Source: Conidiobolus incongruus B7586 (taxonomy: Eukaryota). From it: a stretch of 48,213 nucleotides of DNA. The notes below the pieces were generated by a model. The model saw nothing but the letters and a program-made list of their open reading frames with translations. It did no database searches and was not told the origin of the DNA. The translations under genes were made by a program, and so were the position numbers. This document shows, piece by piece, positions 25,029 through 38,143 of this stretch (positions are counted from its first letter, which is position 1; every line of letters starts with the position of its first letter). Location: positions 1 through 48,213 of the forward strand of contig JNEM01012480.1 of the NCBI GenBank assembly GCA_000697335.1, given 5' to 3'.

Positions 25029-28000
25029 AAAAAACTGTTAAAAACCTATTAGATATTAATAATTATCTATATCAAACTTAATTATTACTATTTTAAATTT
25101 TATTTATAATTTATTTCATTTAAATTTAACACTATATATTATAATACTATCAAAAAAAGAGATACCCTTATATTATTTTAATAATGATAGTAGTTTAATT
25201 ACTGAGTGAATTTAAAATTTTAGTTTTTAAAAGTTTATTACCCTCTAAGAAACTTATATTAAACAACTTTTGATTAAAAAAAACATGTTTCAAAAAGCTT
25301 AAATCTAATAAACTAGCTATTTCACTATAGTTAATATATTAAACTACCTTTTTAATATTTTTAAAGACAAATTAACTACTTATGATAGTTTTAAAAACCT
25401 CTACAAGCTTGAAAACTACCTTAAAAATATAAAGAATTACCTTAATTTAATTTTAAAAGAAAATCTAAAGAAAATCTTTAAATTAGCTATTTTTTTTTGG
25501 AAAAATCTATTTATACTTGGTGGTTAACTCATTATAAGCTTAATTCTAAAAGATTTTCAGGAGGTTAACTTATTATAAAGATATAAACTTTTAAACAATT
25601 GGAAAAAGCCTTTAAAGAGAGGTATTACCTAAAAAATCAAGTTTAATTAACAAAAGAAAAGCTTTCTTAACTTAAATAAAAAACTTCTACAAAATAATTA
25701 ATTGAGAAATTTAATAAGATATGTTTAAATATATTAAATATCACTAAAGAAGTATAAATCCACAAACTATTATAATGTTTTAACTTTTAAGTGAAGCTTT
25801 AGTTAGTTAATAAGAAACACTTTAATAATATATTTTTTTCTAATATTTACAATGTAACAATTATCATTGATAATATCTTTTACTTTATAATTAAATTTTC
25901 CCACCTTAAAAATTAATTTTTTAAACTTTACTCTAACCCACTTAAGTTTCAAATGATAAATGTTTCTGTTTTAGGGTTTTATAAGAAAACCTTTAGTAAA
26001 GAAGTTAAAGCTTACTTAAGAACAAACAAAAGTTATTATTACTGTTAAAGGACTTAAGTTAACTATAAAATTAACAAATACCCTTTAAAAAAGCAACATC
26101 TATCTAATTTTTAACAATTTTAACCTACCAACTATAAATCAAACCTAAATAATATCAATATAACTTTAGAATTACCTTTTTTATAATTAGTTAGCAAATT
26201 CTAATCTAATCCACAAAAATTCTAATAAACTAATGGTTTTATAAATTAAACTATGTATACTAGAGAAATCTAACTAATTAAACCACTAGAAACTAAAAAT
26301 ATTCTAGTAACTAATTTACCTTATAATTTTTTACCTTTAACTATCACCTTATTGTTTATGTTAATTAATTCTTTTATAAACACACTTGTTAGTGTTTTAA
26401 TTAATTTTAATTGTTCTAGTTATATTATCTCTTCTTTTACTATTTTAAAACTATCTTTACCTACTTAAAAAAGCAACTTAATAATTAAATATACTAATAA
26501 CTTGATAAAACAAGCATCTGGTACTATATCTAAATACTTATCATTACCCCCTAACTACTCCTAATATATTAAATTCCTAGTTAATAACATTAGTTATAAT
26601 TTTATACTAGGTTAAAATTAGTTTGAATATCACAGTTTTATATCTATGAATATTACTCCAAAAGGTTACAAATCTATTTTTTTACTTTCTAAAAAAAATT
26701 AGTAGAATTAATCTTAAAAAATCTACATTACCCTACTATAAAATTATTAAATACTTTACCTAACACTAACTCTATAATTGTGGTAAATAATTCTATTATT
26801 ATAAGTAAAAATCAATATAAAAAACTAATCAAAAACCTAAATAATTTATAAAGATATATATTTGTTTATTATTCATCTATTAACATTTTATCTGTTAATT
26901 TTAATGAAGTTATATCTAATAACCACTTCCTATACAATACAGTAAGTTAATTTGCTAATGTTTTTAAACTTATGAATAAATTACCACCTAAATATAATAT
27001 TAAACACAAAATTAAATTAATCTTTAGTATATAACTATACTTAAAACCTACTTACCATTTATCTCTTGAATAATACTAAACCTTAAAAGAAAAAATCCAA
27101 AAACTACTTGAAAATGGGTATATTAGACTTTTTTCCTCACCATAAAAATTTTTAATCTTCTTTATACAAAAGGCTGATGGTGGTTAAAGATTATATATTG
27201 ATAATTGTGTTTTAAACTCTAAAACTATTAAAGATAAAATTTTATTATTAAACCTATATAATATTAGGGATAAACTACTTAAATCAATTATATTTACTAA
27301 ATTAAATGTTAGGAATAGGTATTATAATATTAAAGTTGAAGAAAATTCTATCCCTTTAACTACTTTTAATACTCTTTTAAACCACTATAAATTTACTGTT
27401 ATAAACTTTAAATTGTGTAATGCCCTTGTAACTTTTACTTAATTTATCAATTCCCTTTTTAACCTTGTTTTTAATAACTTTATTATCACTTATTTTAATA
27501 ATATCCTAATCTATTTAAAAACTAAAGAAGAATATATTTAACAATGTAAATTAAGTTTTACAAATTATTTAAGAATATAAATTACTTTTAAAACTATCAA
27601 AATACATCTTTAGTACTTTTTTTGTTTTTTTCTATGGTTATATTGTTTCCTCTTAAGGAATTAATATTAATCTAACTAAATTCAATGGTGTTAAAGCTTT
27701 TATTATACATATAAACAAAAATCAACTTATGTTTATATTTAGAATTTTAAATTACTTTAAAAATTTCATTGATTCTTTTGTTGAATTTACTATTTTTTTA
27801 CTAATCTTTTAAAGAAAGATTTTTTTTTTTAAATAAACCCCACTATATACTTTCTACATAAATACTTTAATTTTTTATATTATTAATGCTCTTGCTTTAT
27901 CTATCTTTAATTTAAAACTACCTATCATTATTTTTACTAACTTTAGTTTTTTTGTAATTGGTAGATAATTAACTTAGTTTGAATTTAATTTATATTTTAC

Positions 28001-29934
28001 CTTATAACTATAGGATAAAATAATAAATAGGGGAGAATAGGTTAAGTTTAACCTTATAAATATTACCTTAAAACTAATAATATTCTAGTTAAGAAAAATA
28101 AAACCAGCTGAATTAAAATACCTAGTCTATAAATAAAAACTCTTTGCTTTAGTAGAAATAATCAAAAATCACTTATACTTTTTATCCTACAATTTTTTCT
28201 TAACATTTATAGATTATAAATCACTTATCTACTTAAATACTTAGAAGTATTTATTAAGAAAATAAGTTAGATAAATTAAAACTATCTAAGCTTACCTTTT
28301 CTTTATTCAATATCTTTTAGGTTAATAAAACTATATTGTAGATACTTTGTTAAAAAATCCTACATACCTACCTTTTTATTTTAATTGTAAAAATCCAACA
28401 AATATTAACTTAATAATTATTAATAAAGGAAATAAAGAATTTATTAAACTACTTTAAGAAACACTATTAAATAATGATTTTTTTATTTTAGTTAAAGAAG
28501 AACTCTTTAAACTATTAGAAAACTAAATAAAATATGTTAAAAGATTTAAAATTATCAATAACTTACTATATTATAATAATTGTTTATATATTCCTAACAT
28601 TCCCAAGATTCAACAAATGATATTTGATGAATACTATAATTTACTTGTTAGAAGACATTAAAACTAATTAAAAACTGTTGAGAGAATTAAAATAAAGTAT
28701 TACTAATCTTCCCTAGTTAAATTAGTTTAGAAATACACTAATATTTGTGATATATGCTAAAGAATTAAATATAATACTCAACTAAAATATGGTAAACTTA
28801 TTCTTTTATAAGTTTCTAATAAAACTTAACAACAAATCTAACTTGATTTCATAGAAATCCCTAAATTAACAAATGGTTATAATAACTTACTAATTACAAT
28901 TGATTCATTTTCCAAATATGTTTATTTTATTCCTTGTTTCAAAACTTCTACAGCTAAAGATATTACACAATTATTATTCTTTAATATTTTTACCCACTAT
29001 AGAATTCTACAAATTATTGTATCTGATAGAGACACACAATTCAACTTTTAATTTTAGAAGTTATTATCTTTTTCTTTTAAGATTAACCTAGCTATATCTA
29101 CTATTAGTTATTATTAAACCAATAAATTTATTAAAAGAATTATTAAAACCTTAAAGTAAATAATTAGAGCTTATATTAACACTAATCAATTAAATTAAGA
29201 TGCTTATATCTACCAACTCTAATATTTATTTAACACTTTTATTAATAGATTAACAGGTTTTAACCTTTATTTTATCAATTATAACAAATATCCTAATTTA
29301 ATAATTACTCCAAAACTTTAAATCAACTTATCTTTAAACATTATTGAATTTTAATCCAATATCAAATATATCAATTCCCTTGTTAAATTTAACTTAGAAG
29401 AAAATTAAAGGATCATAAAATAACAATACTTAAAGTTATCTAGAAACCCTCTTAAATATAAAACTAGTATATTTGTATACTTAGAACAATTTACCCTTAA
29501 ACCTACCTTATTTAAATCTAGCTTAAATCTTAAATATTTACTATTATATTATAGTCCCTATAAAATTCAATTTATTGATTCAAATTTTGAAAATATTACC
29601 TTAGAATTACTTCTAACTTTAAAGATCAACTTTACCTTTCACATATCTAAAATTACACCATACTTTAAAGATTTTAACATTTTTCTTAATCAATTAAAAA
29701 CCCTAAAACTAGATCTAATTATTAATTAAGATAGAGAAGAAAAATACTATGTTGATTATATAATTAAGTTTAAATCTATTAGGAATAAGCTTTATTTTTA
29801 TGTAAAATAGATGGGTTATTTTATTAAAGAAGTTACATAGGAACCTCTAGAAAATATTAAGAATACCTTAACCTATTATACCTATTTGTAAAAAATTAAA
29901 GAGTGTATCTCATCTAAGAAACTTACTAAAAGAC

Positions 29935-30333
29935 TATTAAGAGATTAGTTCTTTAAATTCTTATATATACTTTCATATAATCTAATTAACTATAAATTAT
30001 ATAATTAATTTATACTTATATAGTCAAATTAATTGTATAAATAGTATTAAATTATTTAATAAATTAGGTTCTTCTTTTTTCTCTCAATTCTTACTATTTT
30101 TTACTTTTACACTATTTCTAAAATTGAGACTATATTCTATTGATATTGTAGGATATCAGCACTACCTAATATAAATCTTAATATATCAGTGACTCATCCT
30201 AGTTTGAAGCTTAATTAAACTTTGGTTACATTTGCACACTACAGCCACATTATATTACCACATTCTACACCACACTACTTTTATATTAAGTTTTCCTCTG
30301 TACTATATTAGTTTAACTACCACTACACTTACA
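29935..30333 (+). repeat. 3' LTR of Gypsy A1 (399 bp)
   Basis: Starts TATTA (mutated TG) and ends CTTACA. About 91% identical to the 5' LTR, nearly all differences being transitions. Confidence 0.93.
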
Positions 30334-30903
30334 AAACTAGAAAAAAAATCATCAAAAGTAATTTAATTTAATATCATTTAAACATAACCATAAAGCCTCT
30401 AAAATCTTTAAAAATTGATAAATAACTTATAGTGTTTTATTTAAATCTATCATTTATTGTTTGATTCACCATTTTAAATAAAAAAGAATATAATTTATAA
30501 TATATTTATATTTTTAAAGACTAAATTCTATTGTTATTTTATTATTAATTAATAAAGTCAAAAAATATATTAAAAAATAATATTTTAAAAATCAAATTAT
30601 CAAAGTAATTTAATAATAATAAATATATATTATATATATTAAAGTTTGCACTTAGATAATTAATAAAAATATATAATAAATACCTTATAATTTAACAAAT
30701 GCTTAAAAAACTAAAATAGCTATAGTTAAATAAAACTTAATAAAATATTACTAAAAATAAAGATTTTTATAATATATTATTATAATTGATAACCTTTAAA
30801 TATTTCTATATTTTTTTACTTAAATATAAATTCAAATATTAAGTTAAAAAAATCCCCTTTATATATTCTAATAAATAAATACTATATTAATAAATTGATA
30901 TTA

Positions 30904-32235
30904 ATTATAATTAGAATGGAAATTAAAAAATGGTAAATTTTTTAATTTTTGATCTTTTAAACATATTATATATTTTGAGAGATTATATATATATAAAATA
31001 TATAGGAAAATAAATATTTTCAAACTATATATATTTATTCAATTTTAATTATTTTTTTATTAAAATATTTTGATTTTAAAATTTATACTTAAATTTAATT
31101 ATACTTAAAATAGATTATGATTATCAAAATGCTTTTATTTTTATATCTTTAAAATTTAATCATAAACCCTCTAAAATCATCTAAAGCTTACAAATAGCTT
31201 ATGAAGATAGTGTTTTATCTAAAACTACCATATATCACTAAATTTGTGATTTTAAAGCTAAAAAGGATATTATTTAAAATTTACTAAAAATTAAAAGATT
31301 AATTTCTACTTTTACTCTTTTATTTATTAATAAAGTAAAAAAATATATTAAAAAATACCTTTTTATTTCTGTTAAAGAATTATTAAATTAATTTAATATT
31401 AATTATAAAAGCATATTATATTTGCTTAAGTTTAAACTTAAATTATTTAATAAAAATATAAAATAGATATCTTATAATTTAACAAAAGCCTAAAAGAAAA
31501 CTAAAGTAGCTATAATTAAACTAAACTTATTAAGGTATAAGTAAAAACAAAGGTTTTTACAATAAATACTTATAATTAATAAATCTTAGATTTTTTTATA
31601 TAATCCTTTATCTAAAAATAAAACAAGATATTAGGTTAAGTTATATTAATCCCTTTTATAAATTCTAATGAATAAATATTTTAAATATAAATGTATGTTA
31701 ATTATTATAATAGACTATAGTAGTATAAAGGTTTTTTTATTTAATATCTTAAGGTAAATTAATTAATAATAAATTATATATTATCTTTTTAAATAAAATA
31801 ATTTTTAAATTGGTGTTCTTAATATAAATTAAAAACACCTATTATTTTACATAATAATTATAAAATACATAAAGTTAAAGCTGTAAAAGATTATTTATAT
31901 AAAAAAATAAAGAGAGTTACTACATCTAATATATTCACTTGATTATAACCAATATGATTATAATTGTTTAAATAATTAAAAAAACAGCTTACAAGAAAAA
32001 AAATTCCTGCAAACAAATTAAATTGGTTTGTGAAATATTAAATTTCAGTCTTTAATAAAAAGAATTATTTTTTAGATATTAGAAGCTTACTAAAGATATA
32101 GGAAAGAGTTATTAATAATAAAAGAGTCTATTAACTTTATTTAATTCATTAATTTTTATATATTATTTATTGAATTATTTATTTAATTTTAATTTTAAAA
32201 TTATATCATTATTTAATTTTTGCACTAACATTATA
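30904..32235 (+). mobile_element. Degenerate mariner element M2 (about 1.3 kb) nested in M1
   Basis: Imperfect TIRs (right end reverse complement TATAATGTTAGTGCAAAAATTAAATAATG). Transposase remnants: HKPSKII*SLQIAYEDSVLSKTTIYH*ICDFKAK, *ISYNLT (WVPHEL-type), ILHNN (HDN) and YSLDYNQYDY (YSPDLAPSDY-type). Left end approximate. Confidence 0.85.
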
Positions 32236-33352
32236 GATTATATTAGTATATATAATTTTATTTATTTTTTTAAAAAAAAATCAATTTATGAAGAACTATA
32301 TATTACTATTTAAATAAAATAATTTTTAATTGGTGTTGTTATAATAAATTAAAAATATCTAATATTTTATATATTAGTTATAAAATATATTAATTAAAAA
32401 TAAATAAAATTTTTTATATAGAGAACTTAAAAAACTACCATATCCACTATACTTACAAAATTATAATCTATATAATAATAATTGTTTTAGGAAGTTTAAA
32501 AATATATTTATAAGAAAGTAGGTACTTAGAAACAAAATTAATTGGTATATAACAATATTAAGTTTTAATTTTTAATAAAATAAACTATTTTTTTATTATT
32601 ATAAATTTATCAAAAATATAGCAAAAAGTTATTAATAATAAAAAAAGTATTAATTTTTTATTATATATATATTTTTTTATTTGATATATTAAAAATTTAT
32701 TTAATTTTTATTTTATAATTAACCATTACTTAATTAATATATAAATATAGTTCAATTGAAACATGATTAAAAATTTTATATATAAAATTAACTTAAATAG
32801 TCTAAAAATTAAGATGTTATTTTCCCATAGAAATGACCATAATTATCCAATTTTTTTGAATTCTTTGATTTGAAAATATTATATATATAGTATGTAATAG
32901 TTGTAGTCAAATAATATAACGAATCAGTTTAATTGAAATTAAGAGAAGTTATTTCAATAATTAGTGAATGCTATTGAATTAATAAGACAACAATATGTTA
33001 CTCAATATATTAAAATACTTAAGTTTAATAGAAAATTTTGAAAATTTTGAAAATATTAGTTAACAAAATGACTGAAAAAATAATTTAATATCATATTATG
33101 AAAATAAAAAGCTTAATCATATCGGGCTATCATCTTAGAAAAAATTTCGGGATACTAAGACTTGCTTTATATTCACTTAAGTTAAGATATCAAACAATAT
33201 TAATTTCTAAAAAGGACAGTTGACCAAAAAACTATCACATGAGCTTTAATACAATGAATTACATTTCTCCAGGTTTGTCAATTATAAAAGAGCAATTTAT
33301 ACTTTAGGCATTTGTCAATCTATTCAAATATTATCGAATTTTTTCTATTACG

Positions 33353-34378
33353 ATGGCAGATACTCTAATTCAATACAACTATAACAACCTGCAAGTGGTC
33401 TTAGGTGTTGAGTCCAAATCTTATGAAGGAATTCCTTTGGGAGAAAGTACTGCTATTCTGCTATTCAACCGCCCCAAAGAATTGAACAGTATTAACTCTT
33501 CGTAATTGAAATATTTATTAAAAGTCGCTAATTAACTAATGCCTTTTATTTAGCATATTGGGGGAGTTGAAAGATTGTATGGTGAAATTCAATCATGACA
33601 ATCGTGTTAATGCAATTGTTTTGGCTGCTAATGGCAGAGCTTTTTGTGCTGGATTAGATGGTAATTTCTTTTTGAAAAATAAAGAATTTGCTATTAATAA
33701 TATTCTAAAGTGAAAAGCGGTAATCCTGGTCCTTCTATGTTTGAAGGAGATCCAGGATGTGTTGGTTACAAATTATACCACCTGATTCGCGCTATGCAAG
33801 ATCAAGTCAGCTCTATTGAACAGTGTAGCAAACCTGTCATTGCTGCAGTACAAAATATTTGTTATGGACTTGGTGTTGATTTAATAGCGGCATGTGACAT
33901 TCGATTCTGTAGCAAAGATGTGAAATTTTCTGTCAAGGAAGTTGATATTGGTATGGCTGCTGATATGGGAACTCTTCAAAGACTTCCAAAAATTGTTAGC
34001 AACCAAAGCTGGGCTCGTGAAGTCTGCTATACCGCTCGTGTTTTTGGAGCTGAAGAAGCTTTCAAATTTGGGCTAGTGAGCAAGATATTTGAAGATCAAA
34101 AACAGCTCTTAGGTAACTATTTTCTGACATATTATCGTATATAAAAATAACATTTTATTTTAGCTGGTGCAGTTGAATTCTCGAATCAAATCTCTGAAAA
34201 GTCCCCCATTGCCATTACAACCACTAAGCACAGTCTCATTTTCTCCTTAGTTCATCCTACCAAAGACGGATTAGAACACATTGCAACACGTAATATGGCA
34301 TCCCTCAGCTCTGAGGACTTTATAACAGGAATCACCTCTGCTATGACTAAATCTAAACCCAAATTCTCGAAATTGTGA
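33353..34378 (+). CDS. ECH1: Delta(3,5)-Delta(2,4)-dienoyl-CoA isomerase (crotonase superfamily), 290 aa, peroxisomal PTS1; exons 33353-33501, 33554-33660, 33711-34112, 34164-34378
   Basis: Three GT-AG introns (52, 50, 51 nt) give an open frame with FNRPKELN, RAFCAGLD, GLGVDLIAACDIRFCS and KEVDIGMAADMGTLQRLPKIV (the ECH1-type Asp/Glu/Asp catalytic motifs), ending PKFSKL*. Confidence 0.93.
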
Positions 34379-35507
34379 TTTTTGGTTCCCGAAAACTACG
34401 ATTCTTCAATAAAATGTTTTATTGGATTATATAATGATTTTTAGCTTGTAAATATAAAATTTATCTAATTTATTTTTCTACCATCAAAATATTGATTAGC
34501 TATTATATATATATATGTATAATAATGATTATTATTATTATTACTATCAGTTTTAATATTAAGTTACCGACAAAATGTTTATCATGTTTTGAATTAAATA
34601 AATTTGAATATATGGGTTAAGATTCATAATATATTATTACGTTCTATAGCTAAATGTAGAAGATAGAATAATATAATCATAGTGACACAATTAACAGAAT
34701 AAAACCATATTTCTTTTTGGATGGATAATTTAATAAATTAAAATATAATTGATATTAAATGTTTAATCTAATTATATTAACTATGACAAAATGAACAGTA
34801 TGTCAAAATTTATTCCTATTAAAATCTCAAAATCAGTATTTTTTATAACAAATAAAATTTTAAAAAATTTTCTAACAATAACTATTAATAATATAATTCA
34901 AATATTATTACCTATTTTACATTACTTAAATATAATAAAATAAATATATAATATTATGATTGTATATTTCAAAAATGGCTATACTACCAAATTATATAAA
35001 ATATTTAAAAAAATTATTAAAAATTCCTTTTTTTTCATTATTTACTCTTTTTAAGTATATGACCACATATTATTTAAAACCAAAAACACTTATGCTATTT
35101 ATTGAAACAAAAAATAGTATAAAAGGGTTAAAGTAATATTAAGACAAATTACCTTGATAAAAAATTAATAAATTAAAATAAAAAAATATTATTGTAAATT
35201 TAAAATAATAAGAAATTTTTTAATTTCTGATTTTTCAAATATATATTTAGTTTTAAATAAATAAATAAATATATATATATATATATATAAGAAATTATAT
35301 ATTATAATTTTTTGATTAAAAAATTAACTTTTCAAAATTAATTGTTTAATTATACATAAATCAGATAATAATCATCAAAAGGTTTTTATTTTGTTATTAG
35401 TAAAACTTAACCATAAATCCTTTAAAATTATTTAAAATTTACAATTAGTAATTAGTAATTAAGTATTATTTAAGTTAATAATTTATTATTAAGTAAATTA
35501 TTTTAAA

Positions 35508-35744
35508 TATTAACAATATTACTAACTATTTATCCTATTATAATCTAATACTTGTCCTATATTTATTAAGTTATTTAATACTATTTATTTACACTTTTAT
35601 TGATAAAATTTAATATAGGATAAAAGGGGGGTTTTTCAAGATAAATAAATAACTATTGTTAAATTAAGCATAAAATAAAAACAGACTTATATTTTTACTT
35701 TTATTATTCTAATTATAAACTTTAATCATATAAAATATCTAATA
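35508..35744 (+). repeat. 5' LTR of Gypsy B
   Basis: TATTAACAATATT...CTAATA, a mutated TGTTGG...CCAACA. Homologous to 47694-47932 (shared ggggttttt.aagataaataaataa and acttttattatt.taattataa). Confidence 0.85.
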
Positions 35745-36835
35745 CTAATAAAAAATTAAAATGTAATTAGTGAATCTCATATAAATATTATTATAAATTT
35801 CTTTTAATCTTGATATAAATTATATTATTATTAAATTAAAATATTTTCCCTATCTTTGATTATTCTATTACTATCAAAGAAAAATTTTTACTTAGCTTAA
35901 TTATTAACTTACAATTATAATGAAAAATATAGATTTATATAATTTTTTTACTTTTTTTATATATTAACCTAGATTTCATTGATTTAAAAAAAACCTTTAG
36001 AGATTTTACCTGAAGATATTCAACTTAATATATTTAACTAGATTTAAAAACTTTATAATTCTATTTACCCCACCAAACTTAATTTCTTTATATTCTATAA
36101 AGATAAATGATATAATAAACTATATACCTAATATGCTTCACCATATAATTATAAAACTAGTTTATTTTGATAAATTAAGCAATATTTACAATTAAATCTT
36201 CTAGTTATATATTTATATACTTATTATAATACCCTTATGTTCTAATAATTTTTTTATCAAAATATTAATTATTTACCTAAGTAAAAATATACTAATATGG
36301 GTAAAAACATATTTTAATATTATTAATCAATTTTTAATTACTTTTAATTAATTTTTTAATTTATTTATAAAGTACTTTATTTTTTCTTTAATAAGAAATA
36401 TATTATAAATAAACTTTCAAAAATAAAACAAACTTTAATGGTAATACACTATATTAACAAATTTAAATATATTGTAATTAAAATTTATAATATAAATAAT
36501 ATTGAATAATATTATTAATTTATAAACTAACTCAAACTATATATAAAAATAAAAATAAACAAGGCTAAAGCAATTAAATTTAATAATATCAAGAATATCA
36601 CACATACTAATTATATAAACTTTCAAAAACTACCATTTTCTTAAAAAACTTTGTTATATTTATAATATAATAATATCCCACCAAATTATCTTTATTTTTT
36701 GAATTTTACTCTTAATTATAAACTTATATATATAAATAATTTTCAATATTATTTACCTCTCCTTTATTTAATTAAATTAGAAAAATAATAACTAAAATTT
36801 ATTAGTAATAATTTTTGCTATAGAAAACCTAAATA

Positions 36836-38143
36836 TATTACTCTGTATTTTTAATAATGGGAATTTTTTGTGATTCAAAATAAATAAATATTTTAATATA
36901 TAATATATAAAAATAAATATATAATATAAATTTAATAGTTTCCTTTATTATTAATAACCTTTTGCTATACTTTTAGTAAAGATCTAATACCTAAAGAATA
37001 GTTCTTTTTATTAAGGACTGAAATTTAATATTTTATAAATCAATTAAATTTCTTTGCAAAAATTTTCTTTCTTGCAAGTTGGTTTTTTAATTACCTAAAG
37101 CAATTATAATCATATGGGTTATAATCTAGGGAATATACTGGATATGGTAGTTCTTTCCAGTTATTTTTAATTAGAAAGTTTTTTACAGCTTTATATTTAT
37201 ATATTTTGCAATTATTATACAAAATAATAGGCATTTTCAAATTATATTAAGAATATTAATTTGAAATACTTTTATTTAAAAAAGCAATATAAAGTTTACT
37301 ATTAATTAACTATCCTTTAGGAACTAAATAAAAATAGCATATAGCATTATAATCTATTATAAAAATTAACATTCACTTATTAATAAAATGCTTATTTAAA
37401 GGGATTTATAAAGGGGGTTGATTTGGCTTAATCTAGCATTTTGATTTGTATTTTAGTAAAGGATTATATATAAGCATCTAAGATTCATCAATTGCAATTA
37501 TTTGTTGTAAGAATTTAGGCTTCTAGTAATATTTTAGTAAGTTTCATTTAGCAATAACTATTCTAATTTTTTTTAAGCTTTAGTTAAATTATAAGTTATT
37601 TATTTTATATTTTTATTTATTAATTTGAGTTTAATTTTAATATATATAAAATACTTATAAAACTAATATTAAAGTGCTTAGATAGTTCTCTAACTGAAAT
37701 AAATAGGTGCTTTTCAATATATTTTTTCACTCTATTAATAATTGAAAAAGTAATAGTCAAAGTTAGCCTTTTAGATTTTGGTAAGTTTTGGATAATTTCT
37801 CTCCTAGCTTTAAAATAATTTATCAAGCAATAAATTGTTGATTTAAATAATGCTTTATTATCAAAAGCTGCTTGTAAATTTTAAATAATTTTAGAGGGTT
37901 TATGGTTAAGTTTTACTAATACTAAAATAAAAGACTTTTAATGATTATTATTTGGTTCAAGTATAATTAAATTAAATAACTAATTTTAAAAAATAAATTT
38001 TTTAATCAAAAAAATTATTATATATATTTTAAAAATATATAACTTCTTATTAACTTTGTATATATTGATTTATCTCAAACTAATAATATGTTTGACAGAT
38101 CAAAAATTAAAAAATTTCCCATTATTTCAAATTCAAGATAATA
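36836..38143 (-). mobile_element. Degenerate mariner (DD34D) element M3, about 1.31 kb, nested in Gypsy B
   Basis: TIRs of about 33 bp: TATTACTCTGTATTTTTAATAATGGGAATTTTT and reverse complement TATTATCTTGAATTTGAAATAATGGGAAATTTT, with TA at both ends. FLQQIIAIDES*ML at about 37480-37515, ILYNNC at about 37208-37225, YSLDYNPYDY at about 37106-37135. There are 34 residues between the second and third catalytic Asp positions (37216 and 37111). ORF 37620-37826 is its HTH fragment. Confidence 0.93.

Larger units (their letters stand above)
24619..30333 (+). mobile_element. Full-length but decayed Ty3/Gypsy chromovirus, family A copy 1 (about 5.7 kb; gag-PR-RT-RH-IN-chromodomain)
   Basis: 399-bp LTRs at both ends and a 5-bp TSD AAATT/AAACT. 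Protease remnant about 26395-26425 (VLINFNCSS, from xLIDSGCS). RT: LLENGYIRLFSSP*KFLIFFIQKADGG*RLYID at about 27105-27205 and YFNNILIY at 27491. Integrase: CDIC and QI*LDFI...IDSFSKYV at about 28745-28925. Chromodomain: YYVDYII...YVK*MGY...T*EPLENI at about 29735-29865. Confidence 0.95.
24410..32750 (+). mobile_element. Degenerate mariner element M1, split into three pieces (about 24410-24618, 30334-30905, 32235-32750) by two nested insertions
   Basis: The 5' UTR (aatttttcaatttctgtttttcaaacatatt...tatataaaatatatagg) matches the other mariner copies. Transposase remnants continue collinearly across the Gypsy insertion and the M2 insertion. The C-terminal PYPLYLQNYNLYNNNCF matches the HPxYSPDYNPxDYNCF-type motif. 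Outer ends approximate. Confidence 0.75.

Noticed and set aside
28900..29091. 63 aa ORF
   Set aside because: Out-of-frame reading of the decayed A1 integrase.
24264..34987. Shared 15-mer AAATGG(T/C)TATACTAC upstream of mariners M1 and M4
   Set aside because: Similarity does not extend and spacing to the TIR differs; insufficient to call an element.
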